From: a virus
IMG/VR virus record: IMGVR_UViG_3300024999_000072
Span: 18,602-82,601 of that record
Length of the DNA: 64,000 bases
Reading direction: 5' to 3' (one strand)
Part shown: piece after piece, positions 1 through 8,739 of the stretch
Layout of the letters: every line of letters begins with the position of its first letter
Position numbering within the stretch: position 1 is the stretch's first letter
The notes under the pieces: generated by a model
Databases searched by the model: none
Told to the model about the DNA's origin: nothing
What the model saw: only the letters and a program-made list of their open reading frames with translations
Program-made: the position numbers and the translations under genes

Positions 1-6
1 GCTAGT

Positions 7-438
7 TTGGGGCTAGAAAATTATAAGGACTTAAAGATATTATTTAATGCCCAAACATCAAATGTAGTGGTAGCTGATATATCCCTAAAGCTAAACAACC
101 AAACAACAGGCTATAACTACTCAATTATTCAATCAAATACTGGCATTACTTGTTGGGGGCAAGAAGCATTTTCAAAGTACCCCCTAACAAAAGCCTCTGG
201 GAGTAATGATAGTAACTATGGACCTTCCTATGGGGAAATCAATATTTCAAATTACCCAACAACAAGACGTAAATATTTAATGAGTAATCATGTTGGGCGA
301 GACGGTAATGGGGTGCTTACTCAGTTTAGGGTAAGTGGATCTGTCAGTTTATTGACTGCTATCGATACTATATCACTAGTAATAGATAGTTATGCCTTTG
401 ATATAGGTAGTAGATTCGTTTTATGGGGGGTTAAGTAG
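7..438 (+). CDS. C-terminal part of tail fibre/receptor-binding protein (5' end outside window)
   Basis: Beta-rich, N/S/T-rich, ends GSRFVLWGVK as in many tail-fibre tips; followed by chaperone-like gene. Confidence 0.65.
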   Translation: MGLENYKDLKILFNAQTSNVVVADISLKLNNQTTGYNYSIIQSNTGITCWGQEAFSKYPLTKASGSNDSNYGPSYGEINISNYPTTRRKYLMSNHVGRDGNGVLTQFRVSGSVSLLTAIDTISLVIDSYAFDIGSRFVLWGVK

Positions 439-440
439 TT

Positions 441-896
441 ATGGCAGATAAGTTAATTATCACTAAGTACGGAGTAATGGAAGTTGACTTTACTCCAGAA
501 GAAATTGCACAAAGGGAACTAGAAAGAATTAATTCCCTGCCCTCTCTATCAGAAGCCCAACAACAAAAAATCCTAGAATTAAATACAGCTTGCAATCAAG
601 ATATTCTGAATGGATTCTCTTCTTCTTGCGCTGGTGTAGAGCACCAATACAAATTTGACCTAGAGTATCAAGCGAATATGAATCAAAAGGCTACAATGTT
701 TTTACTGACAAATGCCACAGAAACAAAGTGGCCTACTAAGGATGCAGGTGTGGTCATCCATGGTCGCGAACAGTTCATCCAGCTTTGCGTCGATGCTGAG
801 ACAATCAAAGAGGATAAGATTTATAGGTATTTTGTAATGAAGGCACAAGTGGAGGCGTGTGCAGAGATTGAAGATGTCGAAGCGTTTGTGTGGTGA
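441..896 (+). CDS. Tail fibre assembly/chaperone protein (DUF4376-like)
   Basis: KILELNTACNQDILNGF...EQFIQL...IEDVEAFVW pattern; directly follows tail fibre. Confidence 0.75.
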   Translation: MADKLIITKYGVMEVDFTPEEIAQRELERINSLPSLSEAQQQKILELNTACNQDILNGFSSSCAGVEHQYKFDLEYQANMNQKATMFLLTNATETKWPTKDAGVVIHGREQFIQLCVDAETIKEDKIYRYFVMKAQVEACAEIEDVEAFVW

Positions 897-901
897 GATG
901 A

Positions 902-1117
902 GTGAAAAAATATATTTGGAATTTACTTATCGCAATCGATCAACTTGTTAACACCATTCTAGGTGGTGATCCAGATGAAACAATGAGCTCAAGAATGGGT
1001 AAGCATCTAGTCAAGAAAGATAGTTTTTTATGTAAGATTATCTGTAAGTTATTAAATTTGATCGACAAGAATCACTGCGTTGATGCAATCGAAAAGGACG
1101 AGGGATTACCAATGTAG
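902..1117 (+). CDS. Conserved small phage membrane protein
   Basis: LLIAIDQLVNTILGGDPDETMSSRMGK motif common after tail-fibre chaperones. Confidence 0.7.
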   Translation: MKKYIWNLLIAIDQLVNTILGGDPDETMSSRMGKHLVKKDSFLCKIICKLLNLIDKNHCVDAIEKDEGLPM

Positions 1118-1130
1118 TTATTACGCAGTA

Positions 1131-1625
1131 GGTGGATTATGCATGTTGATTGTCGATAGAATTTCTTATTCTATAGGATTATCAAAACGACTCTACGCCG
1201 AAACGGCTTCAGGGGTTTGGGTTGGTAGTAGGCGTCAAGCAAAATCATTTAGTGGGCATATTTTAGGTACAATAATGACACTGGCATTAGGTATGATGGG
1301 TGGAGCTGTAAAAGTTGGTATACTTAGTAAATCTGGACGAGACAAGATAATCCCAAAAGGGTTAATATTCGGTATATCGTTTGGAGCTATAATAACAGGT
1401 TTAACAAGCGGATTCGCTATGAATAAGGTTAAACCTAAAGACGCAAACAGTAATCTTTCTTATGTTGCTGCTAGTGGTATATATGGAATAGTAACAGCTT
1501 TACTAATTTCTAAACTTGGGGATGATTCTTTATTTGACGCCAAGCCTCAAAACGATTACATTAAACCAACTATACCAACAGGCGAAGAAAAGAAGCAAAA
1601 TGTTATTGGAGTAGTTGCTAAATAA
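1131..1625 (+). pseudogene. Apparently 5'-truncated multi-pass membrane protein fragment
   Basis: Several TM segments; hydrophobic frame starts abruptly after TTACGCAGTA; only a weak RBS before ATG 1143. Confidence 0.5.
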
Positions 1626-1650
1626 TCAGATACTAAGAGTCAAAAAATAA

Positions 1651-1672
1651 AGGCACCCTTCGGGGTGTTTTT
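1651..1672 (+). terminator. Intrinsic terminator
   Basis: AGGCACCC-TTCG-GGGTGTTT followed by T run. Confidence 0.8.
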
Positions 1673-1803
1673 CCTTTGCCTAAAGCTTGTTTTTATGGCG
1701 CAGTATCAAATACTAAGCCTCGAAAATGCACTTTAACCCTTGGTATCACTGGTTTGTAGATATACAGTAGGTTTGACGCATTATGTTTAGTAGCATATGC
1801 AAG

Positions 1804-1838
1804 AAATCGACCCCCTGATTAAGCCAGGGGGTCGATTT
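1804..1838. terminator. Hairpin, likely terminator of the leftward gene at 1863-2210
   Basis: 14-bp perfect stem AAATCGACCCCCTG/CAGGGGGTCGATTT. Confidence 0.75.
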
Positions 1839-1862
1839 AATAATGAGAGGTGAAGGAAAATT

Positions 1863-2210
1863 TCAATTCGCTTTATTATTGGTTTCTTGATTGGCGTTGC
1901 TATTGGTAAGCTCTTTGATTACCTCTATGGCACATATAAAGGCAGATAGAGATAGGGCGAAGAGAATGGTTGTTGCAATAATTACCGACATATATAAAAA
2001 CGATTCGGGAGAAACATAGCCGTTAATTATCAATAGCGTCAACAACAGAGCTGTTGGAAAGCTAAAATAAAACTCTCTCTTGACTCTATCTATGTATTCC
2101 TTTGATGTATTCCCACTGGTACTCTCATCACCTTTAAAGATATACTGTAACCATTTTGCAAGATATGTAGCAATAATTCCGGAAACAATGCCGACGGTTA
2201 AATCATTCAA
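1863..2210 (-). CDS. 3-TM membrane moron protein
   Basis: Three hydrophobic helices; own promoter and terminator. Confidence 0.75.
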   Translation of the reverse strand: MNDLTVGIVSGIIATYLAKWLQYIFKGDESTSGNTSKEYIDRVKREFYFSFPTALLLTLLIINGYVSPESFLYMSVIIATTILFALSLSAFICAIEVIKELTNSNANQETNNKAN

Positions 2211-2256
2211 AATATTTCCCCCTACTTTCGTTAAGGATAGTCAGAGATAAATTCTA

Positions 2257-2283
2257 ATTCGACACAAAGGAGGAAAACCCTGT
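2257..2283 (-). promoter_or_regulatory. sigma-H-type promoter overlapping a 0A box
   Basis: Minus strand AGGG-N17-GAAT; contains TGTCGAA. Confidence 0.65.
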
Positions 2284-2310
2284 AAATAAAAAGAAACGCC
2301 CCAAAAGGCG

Positions 2311-3315
2311 TTATTGAACCAAGTATTGCTTATGCGACTGTTTTCTTTTTTCGTCGGACAGGACAGAGTAAATTAGCGTTGTAGCCGGATCCACGTGCCC
2401 GAGTAATCCCTGGACCGCGACTAGATCCGCTCCGTTGTTTAACATGAGCGTCGCGAAAGTATGGCGAAATATATGCGGATGCACGTTTTTCTTGACCTCT
2501 GAGCGGCCGGCAATGATTTTGACCTCGCGTTGGATGCCCTTGGTCGATAGTCTCCTGTATGGTTTGCGCACGGTTACGAATAGCGCGTCCACAGTGTCGG
2601 AACGCTTCTTTAAGTATTTCTGCAAGTGGTACATGGCCTTGAATGAGAAGTAGACTGTTCGTTCTTTATTGCCCTTACCGACCACTTGAACTGACATTGC
2701 CTGATAGTCAATATCTTGGCGATTTAGTTGTTGTACTTCAGTGAGACGGGCGCCTGTCGCGTAATAGACTTCAATCATTGCGCGTTCGCGCGGGGTTACG
2801 CAAGCCTCGCGGATCATCTCCAGTTCCTCGATAGTCAAGGCCTTCGGGGTTCTTTGCTCCTTTTTTGGTGGTTTGATCTGCTTGGTTACGTCGTTGGGAA
2901 TTATTTTCTCTGCTGCCAACCATCCGAACATTGATTTCAGAACAGACAATTTCTTGGATATTGACGAGGTTTTAAGGTAGTCAAATTCTCCGAGATAAAG
3001 ACGGATATCAGATGTGGTTACTTCATCAGTGGCCTTCGAGACGTGTTCGGAGAATATCCGGAGTTCCAATGTGTAGCTATCTAGGGTTAAAGGGCTTAGA
3101 CCTTCGAGACGTTTCCCAGCCAAGAACAGCTTTATCTTAGCCGCTAGATCGGGATGGCCGTTAGGAATCAAGGCAGGTTTGATGTCGTACTGGGACAGGA
3201 TCATGATTATAGTCTGCTGGAGTTGAAGCTTGTCCACTTTTGGGCAAAGTGAGTTAATGGCGCACATTATCTGCTCCAGCAGGATCTCGGCGGTCGAGCT
3301 AAGTATTTGAGCCAT
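2311..3315 (-). CDS. XerC/D-like tyrosine recombinase (second recombinase, not the att integrase)
   Basis: TGARLTE, GKGNKER, HPHIFRHTFAT, LLGH...TTLIY catalytic residues; N-terminal SAM-like domain. Confidence 0.95.
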   Translation of the reverse strand: MAQILSSTAEILLEQIMCAINSLCPKVDKLQLQQTIIMILSQYDIKPALIPNGHPDLAAKIKLFLAGKRLEGLSPLTLDSYTLELRIFSEHVSKATDEVTTSDIRLYLGEFDYLKTSSISKKLSVLKSMFGWLAAEKIIPNDVTKQIKPPKKEQRTPKALTIEELEMIREACVTPRERAMIEVYYATGARLTEVQQLNRQDIDYQAMSVQVVGKGNKERTVYFSFKAMYHLQKYLKKRSDTVDALFVTVRKPYRRLSTKGIQREVKIIAGRSEVKKNVHPHIFRHTFATLMLNNGADLVAVQGLLGHVDPATTLIYSVLSDEKRKQSHKQYLVQ

Positions 3316-3329
3316 ATCTTCTACTCCTC

Positions 3330-3430
3330 TTGTCTAACCCGGAGCGATCACTTACAATAATAAACGTAAGGCGCTCCGGTGTCCTTCTATGAGCACTCGT
3401 TCGGCTGCCAGGCTATGGACGGGTGCTTAC
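3330..3430 (+). ncRNA. Putative antisense sRNA over the recombinase leader
   Basis: TTGTCT-N17-TACAAT at 3330-3358 facing hairpin 3391-3428; no convincing plus-strand CDS. Confidence 0.5.
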
Positions 3431-3628
3431 CTTTGCGTATTTGTCAAATTTCTCGTTGATCCATTTGGCCGACTGCTCATACGCGGAAGCTCGGCCTTGT
3501 CGCCATTCATCCCCGGTCCTTTCGTAGTCGCTCTTGGTTTCAACTGCGCATTCTTCAATAAATTCAACATCGCTCTTGATAGAGATTAGTAATTCGATTA
3601 GCTGCTTTTTAGTTAGGTTTGCAAACAT
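3413..3628 (-). CDS. Small hypothetical protein
   Basis: RBS AAGGAGTG before ATG 3628. Confidence 0.75.
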   Translation of the reverse strand: MFANLTKKQLIELLISIKSDVEFIEECAVETKSDYERTGDEWRQGRASAYEQSAKWINEKFDKYAKVSTRP

Positions 3629-3638
3629 GGTTATCACT

Positions 3639-3667
3639 CCTTTCCGCCGGTATTGGCCCCGGCTGGC
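3639..3667 (-). repeat. Intergenic hairpin-RBS repeat, copy 1 (copy 2 at 14121-14146)
   Basis: CCTTTCCGCCGGTATTGGCCCCGGCTGGC vs CCTTTCGCCGGATTGGCCCGGCTGGC. Confidence 0.8.
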
Positions 3668-3673
3668 GGTTTA

Positions 3674-4348
3674 TTAAGAACTAATTCTTCCATTTGGAGA
3701 ACTGAAGCTTTTTCCGTCCTTGTAACCAGTCGAACGAGCGGAAGAACTTCCGGAACTAGCTATGCTTGAATGGCTACCTTTTTTTAGTTTCATATTTTCG
3801 TATTCTTGTATTACTAGGGCATCCTTAACTAGGACTAAGCCCCAATTACTCTCAACTATTTGTTGCTTAAACCTATCGCGTAAACCTTGAATCCAACCAC
3901 CCATATAGTCGTTTCGTAATCCTGCATCGGTGCTCATACCCTTAGATTTTCTTTCCTTAGAAAATTGCTTCACACCATATTTAATAGAATCGCATGCGAA
4001 CTCGAATGTTATTTTTGCCAAATCGACATCTTGATCTAGCCCGAGGAAAACAATGCATGAATTTCCATTTCGCGTGTTGGTATAATTGTGGCATCTAAAA
4101 TTCTCTGCAATTACTCGGGCAATTCCTTTCTTCCACCAAGCTAGTCGCTCGTAGTCCGTCTTCATTCTGACAACGTTTTTAACGCGAATATTATCTCCTT
4201 GTGCATCAACCTCAGATTGAGAAATTCCATTTTCAATCATAAGTTTTTGGGCCATGAGGATGCAGGATTGAGCCTCTTCTTCACTTGGGTTATTAGCGGC
4301 TTTATTTAAGAGTAAGTGAACCTTGTGGACTATTTTTTCGTTGGTCAT
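3674..4348 (-). CDS. DUF2786-domain protein
   Basis: KIVHKVHLLLNKAANNPSEEEAQSCILMAQKLM N-terminus. Confidence 0.85.
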   Translation of the reverse strand: MTNEKIVHKVHLLLNKAANNPSEEEAQSCILMAQKLMIENGISQSEVDAQGDNIRVKNVVRMKTDYERLAWWKKGIARVIAENFRCHNYTNTRNGNSCIVFLGLDQDVDLAKITFEFACDSIKYGVKQFSKERKSKGMSTDAGLRNDYMGGWIQGLRDRFKQQIVESNWGLVLVKDALVIQEYENMKLKKGSHSSIASSGSSSARSTGYKDGKSFSSPNGRISS

Positions 4349-4381
4349 GCTTGTTTCCCTCCTTAAATTTGATCTTAAGTT

Positions 4382-4432
4382 ATTATAACATAGTTACGTA
4401 ACCATTGCAATACTTTTGAGCTATGGTATAAT
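4382..4432. promoter_or_regulatory. Divergent sigma-A promoters sharing a palindromic TTGCAA -35, with GTTACGTAAC operator
   Basis: Minus: TTGCAA-N17-TATAAT; plus: TTGCAA-N16-TATAAT with extended TG; palindrome 4393-4402. Confidence 0.75.
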
Positions 4433-4450
4433 AACTTTGAGGTGATTATT

Positions 4451-4606
4451 TTGAGTATAGGGAAAGATAAGGTTAGGTCAAACCTGATCATAGAAAAGGA
4501 TATGAAGAAGGAATTGGAAGAAATAGCGAAGAGGCAGAACAGAAGTTTTAACAATCTTGTGATAACTATTCTTAAGGAGTACGTGGAAAAGAACGCCGAG
4601 GCTTGA
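4451..4606 (+). CDS. Ribbon-helix-helix (Arc/CopG-like) regulator, 51 aa, absent from ORF track
   Basis: Hand translation MSIGKDKVRSNLIIEKDMKKELEEIAKRQNRSFNNLVITILKEYVEKNAEA; RBS GAGGTGA. Confidence 0.85.
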   Translation: MSIGKDKVRSNLIIEKDMKKELEEIAKRQNRSFNNLVITILKEYVEKNAEA

Positions 4607-4656
4607 GCCCTGGCGTTCTTCATTTTTTATGGGTAGCAACGAAAGGATGGCGAAAG

Positions 4657-5067
4657 ATGAACGCAAAAGAGTTAACTCTAAACACCTTTATCGCGGCAGT
4701 GGGAACAATTATAAGTGCATGTCTTGGAGGATGGGATGCCGCACTGAGGGTTTTAATTGGCCTCATGATCGTCGACTATGCAACTGGATTCTTGGGCGCA
4801 GTCAAGGATCACAAAGTAAACAGCGAGGTAATGTACTGGGGAGGACTTCGAAAGGCCGGAATCCTTGTTGTGTTAGGCATTGCCGTTCAACTTGATCAGA
4901 TGGTCGGCAACTCTGCACCGATTCTCCGGACGCTGGCAATTTACTTTTATGTGTCTAGGGAAGGCATTTCGGTGACGGAGAACTTGGGTATTCTCGGGGT
5001 GCCGCTACCGCCCGGTATTACCAAGGTGTTGACTCAATTACAAGAGAAAGGGGATGAAACGAAATGA
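4657..5067 (+). CDS. Holin (TcdE/phage holin 4 family)
   Basis: LGGWD...MIVDYATG...EGISVTENLG motif; overlaps endolysin start. Confidence 0.93.
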   Translation: MNAKELTLNTFIAAVGTIISACLGGWDAALRVLIGLMIVDYATGFLGAVKDHKVNSEVMYWGGLRKAGILVVLGIAVQLDQMVGNSAPILRTLAIYFYVSREGISVTENLGILGVPLPPGITKVLTQLQEKGDETK

Positions 5068-5879
5068 AAGCGGTAATTAATTACGGTCATGGGCGAAAAG
5101 ACGTTGGGTATGATCCGGGAGCGGTCGGACCAACGGGATACCAAGAGGCTACCGAGAACCGTGAGGTTGGCGAGAAGGTAGTTGCAAAGCTGAAATCCAA
5201 CGGCTGGGATATACTCGCCATTCAAGATGGTGACCTAGACGATGTCACCGACCAATCGAACACTTACAAACCAAATGCCTTCCTCTCGATCCACGCCAAC
5301 TCCTTCGCTGATCCGGGTGCGCATGGGGTTGAAACCATAGCGCTCGGGCCTGGTGGGATGGGCGAGAAGATAGCCCGGGAGATCCAAAAGGAGTTAGTGG
5401 CAGCCACCGGACTCGCTGATCGAGGGGTGAAGTTTTCCAACCTGCACGTACTTAGGGAGACAAAGGGTTATCCTGCGGTTTTGGTGGAGATCGGCTTTAT
5501 TTCCAATCCGGAGGAAGAAGCGCTGATGAAGCAGGATACTTGGGATGAGATTGTAGCTTCGGCGTTATGCAGGGGGTTTAGCCGGGGTTCAGGAGTGCCT
5601 TATGTAGAGCGGATAGAGGGGGTAATAGGCGTGGGATTAGATGTAGCGGTTTTACTAAACACCAAGGAGGATTTCTGGGCGGGGGCTGACGTAGCTGCCA
5701 AGAATGGCAACTGTGCGGTGTTTGTGCGTGGTGAGGGTCGATCTGTTCCTGCCGAGGCTATGAGGGCCAAGCAGCTAATCATAGTTGGCGGGGCCACGAC
5801 CAAGCACCCGAACGAAGTGCTTCTCTCTGGGGAGACGAAGTTCGACACGGCTGAGGCGGTTGGGAAGTATTTGAGGTAG
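5064..5879 (+). CDS. Endolysin, N-acetylmuramoyl-L-alanine amidase (Amidase_3)
   Basis: GHG, FLSIHANS, PAVLVEIGFISN zinc-amidase motifs; C-terminal wall-binding-like domain. Confidence 0.95.
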   Translation: MKAVINYGHGRKDVGYDPGAVGPTGYQEATENREVGEKVVAKLKSNGWDILAIQDGDLDDVTDQSNTYKPNAFLSIHANSFADPGAHGVETIALGPGGMGEKIAREIQKELVAATGLADRGVKFSNLHVLRETKGYPAVLVEIGFISNPEEEALMKQDTWDEIVASALCRGFSRGSGVPYVERIEGVIGVGLDVAVLLNTKEDFWAGADVAAKNGNCAVFVRGEGRSVPAEAMRAKQLIIVGGATTKHPNEVLLSGETKFDTAEAVGKYLR

Positions 5880-5893
5880 GAAGGAGGTCTAAC

Positions 5894-6238
5894 ATGCCTA
5901 AAGCAAAACTTAGGCCATGCAAAGACGGTGCTCAAGAATACAATCTGCTATGGATTTGGTGCCCAGGATGTAACGAGTACCACGCTGTTAAAGTAAATAT
6001 TCCTAGTGGCTGGGGATGGAACGGAAACCAAGAAGCGCCAACTATTACACCTTCAATATTAGTGCGGGGCACAAAGCCGATCAGCGACGAAGAGGCCGAA
6101 AGAATCCTGCGAGGAGAGCACATCGAACCAATACGGACGGTTTGCCATAGTTTTGTCACAGACGGAAAGATTCAATTCCTCGGAGATTGCACCCATGTAC
6201 TTGCAGGTCAGACGGTGGAATTGCCAGAGGTAGATTAA
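5894..6238 (+). CDS. DUF6527-like Cys/His protein
   Basis: WCPGC..H, WNGN...PTITPSI, CHSFVTDGKIQFLGDCTH. Confidence 0.8.
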   Translation: MPKAKLRPCKDGAQEYNLLWIWCPGCNEYHAVKVNIPSGWGWNGNQEAPTITPSILVRGTKPISDEEAERILRGEHIEPIRTVCHSFVTDGKIQFLGDCTHVLAGQTVELPEVD

Positions 6239-6556
6239 ATTAGCTACGCAGTCGGTAAATATTTAGGGTAATGCCCATACTTGATGATTTGGGGATAAAA
6301 AGCAAAGATACTTGATGCCCCGCAACTCAAGCACCACAAGGGACAGGGTGGTTGTCAGAATTCATGCTAAATATGCCGAATAATATGCCAAAAATGAAGA
6401 GTCTATCTGTTCAAGCGAAGTGGTTGATTTGGCTTTTTAAATCAAGTGAATGCATTTCGGAATATTTTTAACCGAAAAAAGGGAATATTTTTTGGAATAT
6501 TTTACGTTTAAATAGTAAATCGGCAAGCGCTTGTCAATATGAAAGGAATGATTTAA

Positions 6557-6775
6557 ATGCAGGAAGAAAAAGTATGGTATAAATCCCTCACCCTATGGGG
6601 TGCAATTGTTACGGTCCTAGCCGCACTAGCTGGGATATTTGGCATTGACATTGACTCGAACACACAGAAAGAAGTCGTTGAATATCTTGTCGTTGGAGCA
6701 AGTGCTATCGGCGGATTAGTAGCGGCCTATGGGCGTATTAGGGCGAAGGCCAGGATAGTTAAAGTTATTAAATAG
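6557..6775 (+). CDS. Second holin-like 2-TM protein
   Basis: KVWYKSLTLWG start, two TM helices, basic tail; in lysis module. Confidence 0.75.
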   Translation: MQEEKVWYKSLTLWGAIVTVLAALAGIFGIDIDSNTQKEVVEYLVVGASAIGGLVAAYGRIRAKARIVKVIK

Positions 6776-6782
6776 ACATGAT

Positions 6783-6816
6783 AAAGCCCCGGGTCGTAAT
6801 GACTCGGGGCTTTTTT
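6783..6816. terminator. Bidirectional intrinsic terminator ending the lysis module
   Basis: AAAGCCCCGGGTC-GTAAT-GACTCGGGGCTTTTTT. Confidence 0.9.
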
Positions 6817-6985
6817 GCGTTTTATCAGTTACTTTCCTTAAATAAATCAGGTTTGGCTTCAGCAAGTGCCTTAGCTCTCCTTAAGAACTCAATCTTAGTA
6901 ATTCCGAGTTCCTTGCATACTTTTTCAAAGGATTCTTTTTCTTCCGGGAATACATCGAATCTAAGTACTACTTTGCCTTGTGCCA

Positions 6986-7486
6986 TTATAGATTATTCTC
7001 CTTCATGAATATTATTTTTGCACGTTCGAAATCGGAATCAACCTTATCTTTAGCCATCGGAGCTGCCTTAACCAGCATATTGACCACGTCTTTCTGTAGA
7101 TACCATGTAATTGGCTTGCTATGCGAATATTCCAGATTATCCCCGAACAGGTGCAGGTTTATGGTTTCCTGAGACGCAAGAGAAGAAATACACTTAACAT
7201 GGTCCTCGCGAGTGAGATTAAAAAACACTTCCATCTTGCATGGATCTCCTGGATAGTCATGGATCGTGATCGGCATCCGGATGAGGGGGAATCCGTTGAT
7301 TGAGTGTAATTCGACGCTTATTTCGATCTTGGCCGTTTTCATTTCTCGGGATTTGATCTCCTTGGTGGATAGGCGGACCAGAAGGTCTGTTTGCCAGTTT
7401 ACGCCGTCCGCAGATGCGAAAGTAGGGAGACAACCGTAGCCGATTTTTCGGAAGGCTTGGATTTCGATGTAATTTAGCTCAATCAT
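6986..7486 (-). CDS. Hypothetical protein
   Basis: 166-aa ORF coupled to the methyltransferase gene. Confidence 0.75.
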   Translation of the reverse strand: MIELNYIEIQAFRKIGYGCLPTFASADGVNWQTDLLVRLSTKEIKSREMKTAKIEISVELHSINGFPLIRMPITIHDYPGDPCKMEVFFNLTREDHVKCISSLASQETINLHLFGDNLEYSHSKPITWYLQKDVVNMLVKAAPMAKDKVDSDFERAKIIFMKENNL

Positions 7487-7493
7487 ATATATA

Positions 7494-8153
7494 TTACCTC
7501 CTAAAAACTCTATAACTCAAACCGTTCTTTGATATTTTTTCAAGCATTACGGATAGCCTTTTGTGATTCAACTCAGTTCCAACAAACTTCTTACCATTCT
7601 TTTGGGCGTTTATTCCAACTAATCCGCGCCCCATACAAAGGTCACCAATACAGATATAATCCTCATTCTTGCAAACCCACTCGATAATGTCCTCCTCGTC
7701 CATATAGTCAAGCGGGAGCTTTTTACGCTTTGCGCTGCCTCTAATAACGTAGCATAGATTTTCCTTTTTATGATAATAAGTGCTGTTATAAAATGTAACG
7801 TGCTTATAAATAGTCTTCATTTCCTGTATAAACTCGCTTAAATACTCTTTCCCAACTTCAACATAACAGACTACCGGGTTTATTTCAGCGATGCACTCAA
7901 AGAGTCTTTTATAAAACGTTGTAAAGCTGTCTTGATAATCCTGTCGTTCCGCTTTTGTGTAGAATGTATTCAGGTTACCAAGGTTCCACGGTGGGTCTAC
8001 GAAAATTAAATCAGCAGGCCACATAATGCCCGGGAGGGGATCGAATATATTGTGAACCTTAACGGTGCTTCCGTCGTCGAAAATAGCGAATTGACCATCA
8101 CTAATGGGGTGACGAAGGTAAGCATCTCCATAGTTCCACTTAACCAACTTCAT
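7494..8153 (-). CDS. Minimal amino-DNA methyltransferase (beta-like motif order)
   Basis: FVDPPW motif IV precedes GDLCMGRG motif I. Confidence 0.85.
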   Translation of the reverse strand: MKLVKWNYGDAYLRHPISDGQFAIFDDGSTVKVHNIFDPLPGIMWPADLIFVDPPWNLGNLNTFYTKAERQDYQDSFTTFYKRLFECIAEINPVVCYVEVGKEYLSEFIQEMKTIYKHVTFYNSTYYHKKENLCYVIRGSAKRKKLPLDYMDEEDIIEWVCKNEDYICIGDLCMGRGLVGINAQKNGKKFVGTELNHKRLSVMLEKISKNGLSYRVFRR

Positions 8154-8739
8154 CCACCTCAGTCATTTCCCAAGACTTTGAGTAGATCTGTTTTTTGAAT
8201 AGCTCAGCAATGCCTGTAATCTGCTTGAGCCTGAATACTTCCTCGATTTCCATGCCTAGCTTTTGTGCTACCTCTTCGTCAGGAACACCTTGCTCAATTA
8301 AGGCCTGCACTAGATCACCCATGAGTTCCACCTGATGCACTCCCCGGGCTCGGTTAAATTGGACGGTGGCCTCCATGCGTTGTGCTGGGGTAAGGTCTAG
8401 GACAATGATTGGAATTTCTTCTGCATCTAACCATATTTCCAGAATGCTGTCTCTATGGAAACCGTCTATAATAACGAACTTTTCCAAATCATCATCCCAT
8501 GCTGTAACGATCCCGAAACAAACTCCATTACTCAAGATGGATGTTTCTAAAAGTTCCATGTTGTTTCTTGGCACGCTGTTTGGATTGTAGTTATTAGCCT
8601 GAACGAGATCTCTCGGCACGATGATAGGGCACATAACAGGGAATGATATATCGCCTTTCTTTGTTTTTATTTTCGGAAAGTCTGGTATTTCGTAGACTCC
8701 GTATTTAGTAGCTATTCTTCTCACAGTAATTCCCTCCAT
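8140..8739 (-). CDS. ibrB: IbrB-like ParB/Srx-domain protein
   Basis: VQANNYNPNSV, IIDGFHR, ATVQFNRARGVH, C-terminal HTH. Confidence 0.88.
   Translation of the reverse strand: MEGITVRRIATKYGVYEIPDFPKIKTKKGDISFPVMCPIIVPRDLVQANNYNPNSVPRNNMELLETSILSNGVCFGIVTAWDDDLEKFVIIDGFHRDSILEIWLDAEEIPIIVLDLTPAQRMEATVQFNRARGVHQVELMGDLVQALIEQGVPDEEVAQKLGMEIEEVFRLKQITGIAELFKKQIYSKSWEMTEVDEVG

Larger units (their letters stand above)
1123..1791. repeat. Candidate recombination sites: split copy 1123-1130 + 1626-1637, intact copy 1698-1717, Xer-like core 1775-1791
   Basis: ACGCAGTA + TCAGATACTAAG rejoins to an 18/20 match with GCGCAGTATCAAATACTAAG; GACGCA-TTATGTTTAGT has an XerD-like arm. Confidence 0.6.

Noticed and set aside
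1764-1791. Chromosomal dif site
   Set aside because: Only the right arm resembles an XerD site and the left arm does not match XerC; kept as a candidate site for the local recombinase
1-2300. Diversity-generating retroelement targeting the tail fibre
   Set aside because: No reverse transcriptase and no adenine-specific TR/VR repeat pair in the window
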